Assembly: GCA_964036045.1 (NCBI GenBank)
Contig: OZ038378.1
Coordinates: forward strand, 38,068,001-38,132,000
DNA: 64,000 nucleotides
Source: Eutreptiella sp. 'Long Island Sound 2002'
Taxonomy: Eukaryota > Protista > Euglenida
Direction of reading: 5' to 3'
Shown: positions 47,904 to 60,200 of the stretch, in pieces
Layout: each line of letters opens with the position of its first letter
How positions within the stretch are numbered: the first letter of the stretch is position 1
Position numbers and translations under genes: made by a program
Notes under the pieces: model-generated
Told to the model about the DNA's origin: nothing
Database searches by the model: none
What the model saw: the letters and a program-made list of their open reading frames with translations, nothing else

Positions 47904-50900
47904 GAGCCCGGCCTGGACCTACACATTTTTTGGGTAGGGGAGAGCACGCCACACCACAGCCGGACGATTTTGTAACGTGGACACCAAAATTGGTTCCAAG
48001 TAGGGCGAGGTCCAGCTTGATAGTTTGTACACGAGATTCGACGGGCCACTGAGGCAGAGCTTTCATCAATTTAGATACACCATGGCTACAACATTCACAC
48101 GACTCTACCGACTTTCACGTGTAGTGGGCAGTATGTGCAAGAGGTGTGTGCTGGCTAAACACATTGTACATACAGGAGCACGAATCTTTTATTCAGCCAA
48201 TAAATGACCAAAAAGCATTTAGGCACTTCAGCAACATTGGACAATATGAATCTGCGGACTACATTGGTAGGTGTGGTATCTTGGTTGATGAAACCACCGT
48301 ATGCCAGGTGGTTGCTGTCGTGGAGCGGTTCCAAGGGCTTCCCACCCAAGTCACATGCGGGACTGACAGAAACCAACGGGTTGCTGAATTGGGCAGTCAA
48401 GGTAAACTCAGAAGTCCCCTGCGGACCGCCAACAAGTTTCTGCTCATAGTACATAAGGAGAGAGAGAGGGACGAGGCAGGGCTGGACCTGCACATTGTTG
48501 CGGTCAGCGAGAGAACGCCGCCACCATAGCCGGATGATTTTGTACCATGGACACCGCAATTCATTCCAAGTAGGGCGATCTCCAATGTGATAGTTTGTCC
48601 ACAAGATTCAACGCAACCCTGAGATAGAGTTTTCATCAATTTGGATACACCATTGCCACAACACTTATAGGCCTCTACATATTTTGAGGTGTAGTGGGCA
48701 GAATGTGCAATATGTGTGTGCTGGTTGAACGCATTGTACATCCACGAGCAGGAATGATGTACTTATCCAATAAATGACCAAAAGGCATTGAGGCACTTCA
48801 GCAACATTGGACAATATGAATCCGCGAACCACATTGGTGGATGTGGTACCTTGGTTGATGAAGAACACCGGATGCCAGGTGGTTGTTGGCCTGTGTCAGG
48901 TCCAAGGGCTGCCAGCCCCAGTCGCATGCGGGACTGACGGAAAATGAACGGGTTGATGAACTCGCCGGTCAAGGTACATTGAGAAGGGCCATGTGGACTG
49001 CCAACAAGATTTTGCTCACAGTGCATAAGGACAAAGAGAGGGAGGAGCCATGGCTCGACCTGCACATTGCTGGGGTCAAGAAGAGCATGCCACCACCACG
49101 GCCAGATGATTTTGTACCATGAACACCGGAATTGGTTCCAAGTAGAGCGAGCTCCAGCGTGATAGTTTGTACAGCAGAGTCAACGGGCCGCTCAGACAGA
49201 GTTTTCATCAATTTGGATACACCATGGCGACATCATTCAGAGCACCCTACAAACTTTTAAGTGTAGTGCGCAGTATGTGCAATAGGTGTGTACTGGCTAA
49301 ACACATTGTACATACTCAAGCACGAATGATGTATTTAGCCAATAAATGACCAAAACCCATTCACACAGTTCATCAACATTGGACAATATGAATGTGCAGA
49401 CCACATTGGTAGGTGTGGTACCTTGTTTGATGAAACCTACTGAATGCTAGCTGGTTGCTACCCTGGATCCGTTCCAAGGGCTGCAAGCCCAAGTTGCATG
49501 CGGGGCTGACACAAAATAAACCGATTAATGAATGGGCCAGCCAAGGTAGACTGAGAAGAAGTGCCCTGTGGACTGCCATCAAGCTTCTGCTCACGGTGCA
49601 TAAGGAGAGAGAGAGACAGACACACAGAGAGAGAGAGAGAGGAGCCCGGCCTGGACCTACACATTTTTTGGGTCGGGGAGAGCACGCCACACCACAGCCG
49701 GATGATTTTGTAACGTGGACACCAAAATTGGTTCCAAGTAGGGCGAGGTCCAGCTTGATAGTTTGTACACGAGATTCGACGGGCCACTGAGGCAGAGTTT
49801 TCATCAATTTGGATACACCATGGCTACAACATTCACACGACTCTACCGACTTTCACGTGTAGTGGGCAGTATGTGCAAGAGGTGTGTACTGGCTAAACAC
49901 ATTGTACATACAGGAGCACGAATCTTTTATTCAGCCAATAAATGACCAAAAAGCATTTAGGCACTTCAGCAACATTGGACAATATGAATCTGCGGACTAC
50001 ATTGGTAGGTGTGGTATCTTGGTTGATGAAACCACCGTATGCCAGGTGGTTGCTGTCGTGGAGCGGTTCCAAGGGCCTCCCACCCAAGTCACATGCGGGA
50101 CTGACAGAAACCAACGGGTTGATGAATTGGGCAGTCAAGGTAAACTCAGAAGTCCCCTGTGGACCGCCAACAAGTTTCTGCTCATAGTACATAAGGAGAG
50201 AGAGAGGGACGAGGCAGGGCTGGACCTGCACATTGTTGCGGTCAGCGAGAGAACGCCGCCACCATAGCCGGATGATTTTGTACCATGGACACCGCAATTC
50301 ATTCCAAGTAGGGCGATCTCCAATGTGATAGTTTATCCACGAGATTCAACGCAACCCTGAGATAGAGATTTCATCAATTTGGATACACCATTGCCACAGC
50401 ACTTATAGGCCTCTACATATTTTGAGGTGTAGTGGGCAGCATGTGCAATATGTGTGTGCTGGTTGAACGCATTGTACATCCACGAGCAGGAATGATGTAC
50501 TTATCCAATAAATGACCAAAAGGCATTGAGGCACTTCAGCAACATTGGACAATATGAATCTGTCGACCACATTGGTGGATGTTGTACCTTGGTTGATGAA
50601 AACCACCGGATGTCAAGTGGTTGTCAGGCTGGACCAGTTCCAAGGGCCGCCAGCCCCAGTCGCATGCGCGGCTGACACAAAATGAACGGGTTGATGAATT
50701 GGCCAATCAAGGTCGATTGAGGAGTCCCGTGTGGACTGCCCGCAAGATTTTGCTCGGGGTGCATATCGACAGAGAGAGGGAGGCGCCACGGCTGGACCTG
50801 CACATTGTTGCTCGGGTCAGGGTGAGCACGCCACCACCACAGCTGGATGATTTCCTACCATGGACACCGGAATTGGTTCCAAGCAGGGCGACCTCTAGCG

Positions 50901-53900
50901 TGATGGTTTGTACACCAGATTCGACGGGCCACTAAGACAGAGTTTTAATCAATTTTGATACACCATGGCTACAGCATTCACAAGATTTTACACACTTTTA
51001 AGTGTAGTGGGCAGTATGTGCAAGAGGTGTGAACTGGCTAAACACATTGTACATACAGGAGCACGAATGATGTATTTAGCCCACAAACGACCAAAAGGCA
51101 TTTAGGCACTTCACCAACATTGGACAATATGAATCTACAGACCACAGTGGTAGGTGTGGTACCTTGGTTGATGAAACCACCGGATGCCATGTGGTTGCTG
51201 CCCTGCAGCGCTTCCAAGGGCTTCCAGCCCAAGTCACATGCCCGATGGATAGTAAATGAACGAGTTGTTCAGTTAGCCAGTCAAGGTGGACTGAGAAGTC
51301 CCATGTGGACCGCCAACAAGTTTCTGCTCACGGTGCATAAGGAGAGAGAGGGAGGGAGGAGCCACGGCGGGACCTGCACATTGTTGCAGACGGGGATAGC
51401 ACGCCGCCACCACAGCCGGATGATTTTGTACCATGGACACCTGAATTCGTTACAAGTAGGGCGATCTCCAATGTGATAGTTTGTCCACGCGATTCAACGC
51501 AACCCTCAGATAGAGTTTTCATCAATTTGGATACACCATTGCCACATCACTTATAGGCCTCTACATACTTTGAAGCGTAGTGGGCAGCATGTGCAACATG
51601 TGTGTACTGGCTGAACACATTGTACGTACACGAGTAGAAATGACGTACTTAGCCAATAAATGACCGAAAGGCATTCACACACTTCATCAACTTTGGACAA
51701 TAGGACTCTGCAGACCACAGTGGTAGGTGTGGTACTTTGGTTGATGAAACCAGTGGATGCCAAGTGGTTGCTAGCCTGGACCGGTTCCAAGGGCTTCGAG
51801 CCCAAGTCATATGCGGGACTGACAGTAAATAAACAGGTTGATGAATTGGCCAGGCAAGGTAGGCTCGGAAGTCCCCTGTGGACTGCCAACAAGGTTCTGC
51901 TCATAGTGCATAAGAAGAGAGAGAGGGAGTAGGCAGGGCCGGACTTGCACATTGTTGGGGTTAGGGAGAATGCACCACCACCACAGCCGGATGATTGAAT
52001 ACAATGGACACCGGAACGGGTTCCAAGTGGGGCGAGCTCCAGTGTGATAGTTTGTGCACCAGATTCAACGCAACACCCAGACAGAGTTTTCATCAATTTT
52101 GATACACCATCGCCTCAGCACTCACAGGACTCTACAAACTTTCAAGTGTGCTGGGCAGTATGTGCAACATGTGTGTGCTATTCGAACGCATTGTACATAC
52201 ACGAACACGAATTATGTACTTAGCCAATAAATGACCAAAAGGCATTCAGGCACTTCAGCGACATTCGACAAGACGAATGGGCGGACCGCATTGGTTGGTA
52301 CAGTACCTTGTTTGATGACAAATACCGGATGTCAAGTGGTCGCTACCCCGGATCGGTTCCAAGGGCTGCAAGCCCAAGTCACGTGCGGGACTGACAAAAA
52401 ATGAACGTGTTGATGAATTTGCTAGTCAAGGTAGATTGAGAAGTCACCAACGGAGTGCCAACAAGCTTCTCCTCAGAGTGCATAAGGAGAAAAAGAGGGA
52501 GGACCTAGGGCTGGACCAGCACATTGTTGGGGTCGGGGAGAGCACACCACCACCACAGCCAAGTGATTTTGTACCATGGACACCGAAATGGGTTCCAAGT
52601 AGCGCCAGCTCCAGCGTGATACTTTGTACACCAGATTCAACCCGACCCTTGGACAGAGTTTTCATCGATTTGGATACACCATCGGCACAACACTCACAAC
52701 ACTCTACATACTTTCAAGTGTAGGGGGCAGCATGTGCAAGAGGTGTGTACTGGCTGAACACATTGTACATACACGATCACCAATGATGTACTTAGCCAAT
52801 GAATGACCAAAAGGCATTCAGGCACTTCAATGACATCAGACAATATGAATCTGCGGACCACATTGGTCGGTGTGGTACCTTGGTTGAAGAAACCCACCGG
52901 ATGCTAAGTGGTTGCAAGCCTCGATAGGATCCAAGAGCTGCCAGCCCCAGTCGCATGCGGGATCGATAGACAATGAACGGGTTGACGAATTGGCTAGTCA
53001 AGGTAGATTGAGAAGTCCCGTATGCACCGCCAACAAGCTTCCTCTCACAATGCGTAAGGACAGAGAGAGGGAGGAGCCAAGGCCGGACTTACACATTGTT
53101 GGGGTCAGGGAGAGCACGCCACCACCACAGCCGGATGATTTTGTACCATGGACACCGCAATTAGTTCCAAGTAGGGTGAGCTCCAGTATGATAGTTTGTA
53201 CACCAGATTCAAGGCGACCCTTGGACAGAGTTTTCATCGGTTTTGATACACCATCGCCACAGCACTCACAGCACTCTACAGACTTTCTATTGTAGTCGGA
53301 AGCATTTCCAACAGGTACGTACTGGCTAGACACATTGTGCATACAAGAGCACAAATGATGCAGTTAGCCAATGAATGACCAAAAGGCATCTAGGCACTTC
53401 AGCGGCATTGGACAATATGAACTTGCGGGCCGCACTGGTTGGTGTGGTACCTTGGTTGATGAAAACCACCGGATGCCACGCGGTTGCTACCCTGGATCAG
53501 TTCCAAGGGCTGCAAGCCCAAGTCACATGCGGGACTGGCAAAAAATGAACGGGTTGATGAGTTGGCCAGTCACGGTAGGCCGAGAAGTCCCCTCCGGCAT
53601 GCCAACAAACTTCTGCTCACAGTGCATAAGGAGACAAAGAGGGAGGAGGCAAGGCTGGACCTGCACATTGTTGGGCCTAGGGAGAGCACACCATCGGCAC
53701 AGCCGGATGGTTCTGTACCATGGACACCAGAATTGGCTCCAAGTAGGGCGAGCTCAGGCGTGATAGTTTGTACACCCGATTCAACGGGCCGCTCAGACAG
53801 AGTTTTCATCAATTTGGATACACCATCGCCACAACACTCACAGCACTCTACAAACTTTGAAGTATAGTGGGTAGTATGTGCAACATGTGTGTAGTGGCTG

Positions 53901-55030
53901 AACACATTGTACATACACGACGATGAACGACGCACTTACCCAATTAATGACCAACGGGCATGGACGCACTTCACCAACATTGGACAACATGAGTCTGCGG
54001 ACCACATTGCTAGGTGTGGTACCTTGGTTGATGAACGCCACCGGATGCCAGGTGGTTGCCTCCGTGGATCAGTTCGAAGGGCTGCCAGCCAAGTTGCATG
54101 AGGGAGTGACAGAAAATGAACGGGTTGATAAATTTGCCAGTCAAGGTAGATTGAGCAGTCCCGTGTGGACTGCGAACAAGCTTTGGCTCACACTGCATAA
54201 GAACAGAGAGAGGGAGGGGCCACGGCTCGATCTGCACGTTGTTGGACTCATGGAGAGAACACCACCATCGCAGCCGGATGATTTTGTACTATGGACACCT
54301 GAATTGGTTCCAAGTAGGGCAAGCTCTAGCGTGATAGTTTGTACACCAGAATTACCGCGACCCTCGGACAGAGCTTTCATCAATTTGGATGCAACATCGC
54401 CATGACACTCACAGAACTCTACAAACTTTCAAGTGTAGTCAGCAGTATGTGCAACATGTGTGTACTGGCTGAACACATTGTACATACACGTGCACAAATG
54501 ATGTACGTAGCCAATAATTGACCAAAAGACATTCCGGCACTGCAGCAACATGGACAATATGAATCTGCAGACCACATTGGTGGATTTGGTACCTTGGTTG
54601 ATGAAAACCACCAGATGCTAGGTGCTTGCTAGCCTGGAGCGGTTCCAAGGACTGCGTGCCCAAGTCACATGCGGGATTGACAGTAAATAAACGGGTTGAT
54701 GAATGGGCCAATCAAGGTAGACTTGGAAGTCCCCTTTGGGCTGCCAACAAGCTTTTGCTCACAGTGCATAAGGCGAGAGAGAGGGGGAGGAGGCAGGGCC
54801 GGACCTGCACATTGTTGGATTGAGGGAGAGCACACCCCCACCACAGCCGGACGACTTTGTACTATGGGCCGGAATGAGTTCCAAATAGGAGGAGCTCCAG
54901 CAGGATAGTTCGTACACCACATTGAACGCGACCCTCGGACAGAGTTTGGATACCAATTTGGATACACCATCACCACATCACTTAGAGGACTCTACAGAGT
55001 TTCAAGTGTAGTGGGCATCATGTGCAACAC
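42624..55030 (+). repeat. Main array of the ~572-bp RNase H-derived satellite (~21.5 units)
   Basis: Anchor caacattggacaatatg at 42973, 43549, 44122, 44697, 45331, 45903, 46501, 47071, 47643, 48237, 48807, 49379, 49975, 50545, 51120, 51693, 52264, 52836, 53408, 53980 and 54550. Confidence 0.95.
45331..50545 (+). repeat. Three-monomer higher-order repeat (~1738 bp x3)
   Basis: Spacings 572/598/570, 572/594/570 and 572/596/570; near-identical ORF-track peptides recur at 45407/47147/48883. Confidence 0.9.
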
Positions 55031-55039
55031 AGTGTGACA

Positions 55040-56545
55040 GTCTCCACAAGGGCTGCTGTGTTTCACCAAAGGGAGCGCACCCTTCGATGGATCTCCACAC
55101 GGGGTTTGTTTCATTGTACAGGGGGTGCACTGATTTATTGAAGGGACTAGACCCTTCAATGAATCACCGCAAGGGGTGTATTCTCCTATTCAAGGGTTCT
55201 GATTATCCATTGAAGGGACTCGACGCTTCAATGAATCAATGCACGGAGTGTAATGCCCCTATAGAAGGTCCCCGGTCATTCGCTGAAGGGTGTAGACGCT
55301 ACAATAAATCAACGGAAGCGGTCTACTTCAATGAATCACCGCAAGGCCTGCAGTGAATCATTTGAACCAACTAGACGCTTCAATGTATCACCGCAGGCGC
55401 GGCACCGCCATGTACAAGGGTTGCAATCATTACTTGAAGGGAGCAGACCCCTAGATGAATCACCACAGAGGATGCCTTTCAGTGTACACGGGTCGCGGTG
55501 CTTTACTTAAGGCACTAGAGCTTGCAATGAATCACCGCAAGGGGGGTAAACCCCTATACAAGACGTGCAGTTTCTGAGTGAGGGGATTAGACCATTCATG
55601 AGTCATCGCTTGGGGTCCACTCCCATGTGCAAGGGCCGCGGTCCCCCATCGAAGGGACTAGAGACTTGCAAGAAACACACAAGGGGTGTCATCCCCTGTA
55701 CAACCGACTAGAACCTTCAATGAATCACCGTACTTCACTATACAAGGGTCGCGGTGATTAATTGAAGGGACTAAACCCTTCAATGAATCACCGCAAGGGT
55801 GGTAATCCCCAATTCAAGGGCTCTGGTTATTCATTGAAGGGACTGAACCCTTTAATGAATCAATGCACAGAGTGTAATGCCCTATAGAAGGACTGCGGTC
55901 ATTCGCTGAAGGGACTGGGCCCTACAATAAACCAACGCAAGCGGTCTCTGGGAATGACCCACCACAAGGGCTGCGGTTAATCGTTTGAAGGGACTAGACC
56001 CTACAATGAGTCACTGCGGGCGCACCACTTACAATTGCTACATTTGCCATTTACAAGGGCTACAATCATTCATTGACGGGAGCGGACCACTAGATGAATC
56101 ACCACAGAGGGTGTCTTTCAGTGTACAAGTGGTGCAATGGTTTACTTGAGGGACTACAACGTGCAATGAATCACCGCAAGTGAGGTCACCCCATATAAAA
56201 GACGTGCAGTGATGGAGTGAGGGGATTAGACCATTGAATGAGTGACCGCATGGCGACCACTTCCATGTACAAGGGCTCCGGTGCCCCATCTTAGGGACTA
56301 GAGGCTTGCATGACTCACACAAGGGGTGCCATCCCCTGCACAACCGACTAGAGCCTTCAATGAATCACCGTGCTTCACTGTTTAAGGGTCGCAGTGATTA
56401 ATTCAAGGGGTAGACGCTTCAATGAATCACCGTAGGGCTGTCTAATTGCCTTTCCAAGGGGCATGGTGATTCCCTTCCATGAATCAACGCAAGGGGTATG
56501 ATCCCTTGCACAAGGGCTGCCGTGATTCCTTGAAGGGACTACACC
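55040..56545. repeat. ~72-bp palindromic satellite (~21 units) with ~630-bp higher-order duplication
   Basis: aagggactagacccttcaatgaatcaccgc at 55141, 55213 and 55286; block 55141-onward recurs at 55765 and block 55442-onward at 56081. Confidence 0.85.
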
Positions 56546-59379
56546 CGGCTTTGCCATGCTTGGCTTCCTTGGGCGGGGGCGGGGGGGGTGGGGGGGTGCC
56601 TCCCCCCTCCCTTTGCTCCTTCACCTCCCTTTCCTCCTCACCTCCCATCTTCCGCCAAATCCTCACATCCTTACACCCCAACCACCCCTCCTCCGCCATT
56701 TGTGCCCATTGGGTGGGCTTGTAGGGCCGTGATGGGCCCCACAACTCGGAGCACATGCGGCCGTTCTCCCAATCCTTTGGGCCGCGCACAGCGGCCTAAC
56801 CAAGCGCGGGGTGTTGGGCGAGGCGCTTGTGCAAGCCCCCCGACCCACGATCTTGTCCCCATCCTTGTCGTTCCACATGACACGGACGGGGCGAATGTGG
56901 TCCCCGCACACCATGACGTTCTTCGCGTGCAAAAAAAACAGGTGGAGGCCGTGGTGTGCGGGAGAACTCGAATTTTTTGCACAACTTTTTTCAAATTTTT
57001 TCGTTTATTACTTGAAGTTAAGTTTGACCTTTTGCAACGCCAATAGAAAAAATTTTAAAAAACCCAAAGCTTTAAACGAGGCGTCCGAAGAATTAGACAC
57101 ACGCAAGCAATCAAGGATACACACACCCTTTTTAAAAAATTTCACCCCCCTGGGCATACAACACCCCCACGGCCAACCGGAAGTTGGAAGCCATGGTGGG
57201 CGCCTCCACAAGATGCTGCAGCGGTAGGAACGTGCTTCGTGCTGGCCGCAGCGGTTGCTCTCCGAGTGTCGGCGGCAAGCCCTCTTGTTGTCCGGGAGCC
57301 AGCCAGCAGCCCCTCGTAGGTGTGCTGGACCCCGGCGTCGTACGAGAGGGTGGGCTAGGCCAGCAACACAAGGCAGACCGGTGCAAATTGCACCAATTTG
57401 TCATGTCGCCACTGTTCGCACCACCTAAGCGCTACCTAGTGCTGCAAGCACACTAGGTATAGGCTGGTGCCAAACCTCACGCCTCGTCGGTCGCTCATGA
57501 GCTTTAGGGTGCCCAATGTCCCCGAACAGACCGTTTCTCCCTACGGACACAGGGGACTCCCAGGCACATGCTGCCAGTGCCAGGCGCACCCTCTTCGCGG
57601 GATTTTTGCGCCATTACCCCTTGCCCTCTCCATTTTTCCTAATTAAGTACGGGAAAGGCGGCGGATGACCCACCGCAAGGTGTATTGGGCCTTGCTGGGG
57701 TCACAAAAAATGGTGTTGTCTGGCCCACAGCCCCGCTCTAGACAGACCAAGAGGTAACGGCTGCTTTCCGACAGACCGATGTGTCTTTCCCCAAGGCCTT
57801 TTGCAGCCACTAGGGGAGGGGTAAAACAGGCGGGCGTTGGCGGATGGGGGGGCATGTCCCAATGCGTCATCCCTATAGACTCCTCATCCCCATCCCCGTC
57901 CTCATTTTGTGGCAGCAGCACCTCCCTCTCCTCCTCCGTCATGTGGACCCCCTCCCGTGTCCTTGGCTGGCCCTCCTCTCCTCATTTGCCCTCCTCCCTT
58001 GCTCCCTCTCCTTGCGCCGCTCCTCCGTGTCACGCCGCCCATCCTCCTTCTCCTTGCGGGGCCGTCAAAGGAGCAGTGGCCGACAACGCCCTAGAAGGGG
58101 GGGGGGGGCGCTGGCTACCGCAGCTCTCGGAGATATTGGTGGTGGTGTAGCTCCCAGAGCTGCTGTTGCCCTTGCTGCTCCCCTAGGGCGTGTTGTAGCG
58201 GGCGTCAGGCTGTCCTCAACACATTGCTGATGTTTTAAGGTGCATTGAAGAGGCCCTCCACATCGCGGATGTCCGTTGAGGCTCACTCTGCCTAGTGTGT
58301 GTGATTCTTCGGCATTTCATTGCTATATCAGTTGTTTGTTATCAGAGTGTAGGAGCCAGCACACGAAAAGCGGGGGCTACGGTGGCGGTTGTACCGGGAA
58401 CACGGGTCAAGGAGCGCTGTCATGATTATAGTTTACTTTTGTACCCTTGTGGTGTGGGTGCAAGGGCGCAGGTGTTGGTTGAGTGACTGCATGCGAGTGG
58501 ATGTTTAGACATTTGTAAATTCATCGCACACTAGGTTGAGCGCTCCGCTTTTACCACATCTTTGTATCCAACTAGTTCACCAAACTAGGGGTCACAGAGT
58601 AAGCAATGTGGTGACCCCTTTCCACACCACTTCGGTGTTTGCACTCAGCTTCTCATGAGGAATTGTTATTGACTGAAGGGTTTGTGATGGTGCTGAGCGT
58701 GCTCATGTAAGTTGGTGGGTGGAGCTTTGACATCGGGGAATAGCTGCCACTGGGTTAATGTCATTGGTTTGGGGCATCCTATCACTGAGCCATGAGGGAA
58801 TTGACCGGAGCCCTAGTGGTATGAATGGTATATGGCTGCCATGTGCCCTGTTATGACCCCATTGCCTTCGCTTTGCTACACCCTGTGTTGTTATGTGCAC
58901 ATGAACCTCAACCCATTTGTAGATATTTTCCCTGCATTGTGACTGCTAGGAGCGTGGCAAGGATCGTGAGATGGCAAGGACAACTCAAGGTTCGTGGCCC
59001 GTGGGCCCTTGGGGCGTGGCCTTTAATGCATTGTGTGTGCTTGCACATTCTTGGCGCCCTAGGGAAGCCCTCCCGAGCAGTGCGCCTTTTGTTGTTCTCT
59101 TCGGTGGCGATTAGCTACCCTAATGAGTATTGGATCTACTGTGGGTCACTTTGATGCTCTCCGGTGTTCTTTTCCAACGTTGTGTGGCATTTCTTTTCCA
59201 ATTTCATTCGTGAAGTGCTTGATTGGCGTCTCTCCCACTTCGTAAAAATTCCAAATGACTTACTTGCGCATTTTTGGAAAATGAGGGTGCATGTTGCTTA
59301 AGGCGAACACGGCACAAGCCCGCCAAGTAGTGAATGAAATACCCGCGGTGTTTGCATGTGTTGCGGCACCTGCAATCCC

Positions 59380-60200
59380 TTGGCTATTGTTCACTCCATG
59401 GGGAGGTGGGAAAAAAGTTTCCGGGGCGCGGGGGGGTCGTTCAAGCCCCCCCACTGGGCGGGGTTGAGAAGGGGGCTCTCGTGACAAAACTGTTTCCAAG
59501 TCACAAATTTGTTGATATTTTCCAAACGCACGGGCAGGGCCCAGGGTGGCAGTTCCCCTAGTGCGCTCAAGCATGAGGTCAATGAAAGCCATGTGCGGCG
59601 GGTGTTGCACCCTTTTTCGGAGGATCCAAAGAGGGGAGGCGCAGCAACAGCACATGTTGCCCCCTCCTCCACTACAGCCTCAAGCTTGAGCTCGAGCTCT
59701 AGCTCCAGCTCAAGTTCAAACTGCAGCACGAGCTCAAGCAACAGCTCGAACTTCGACTTTGGCTCAGACTCTGATTCCAGGAACTCCACTTGTGATTTTG
59801 TTTCCAATTCTAATATCTCCCCTTCCTCAGACGATGAGCTATAACTGCCAACATGAGGCAAGGGTGGGGCTTTGTATGAAAAATTTTCGAGATGAAATGC
59901 AGCGGAAATGACCGCACATAAATACCGCCGTTGTTGGCACAGGGGGCGGCGCGGGGGGGGGGGGGGGCTTAGTTCTAAGGTGTGTCACGGGAGCACACAC
60001 CCCTACCCTGGGCGGTGTTCGGGACCTGTTTGGAGGCTCCCGTCACAACGGCTAGGTGGGGAGGGGTGGGGAGGCTTGGCTTGTTTTTAGTGGCTCGTCA
60101 CAGGAGCCACCTCAGAGGGGGGGTCCAGAAAATGGGCTTGAATCCCCCCCCCCCCCCCGCAAACCTTTTTCCCACTCGCCCATGCCTCTGTGCTATGCAA
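59380..60200. repeat. Degenerate inverted repeat (~130-bp arms) enclosing an (AGCTCN)n tract
   Basis: gtgggaaaaaagtttccgggg..ttcaagccc (~59407) vs gggcttgaat(c)n gcaaacctttttcccac (~60135). Confidence 0.45.

Noticed and set aside
42624-55030. Repeated short ORFs as a tandem gene family
   Set aside because: The frames are broken differently in each unit; they are decayed translations of the satellite monomer.
55040-56545. CRISPR array
   Set aside because: The sequences between the palindromic cores are homologous to each other rather than unique spacers; no cas genes; eukaryotic context.
59391-59861. Glu/Leu-rich ORF (ELELELEL) and Ser-rich opposite ORF
   Set aside because: Products of the (GAGCTN)n microsatellite.
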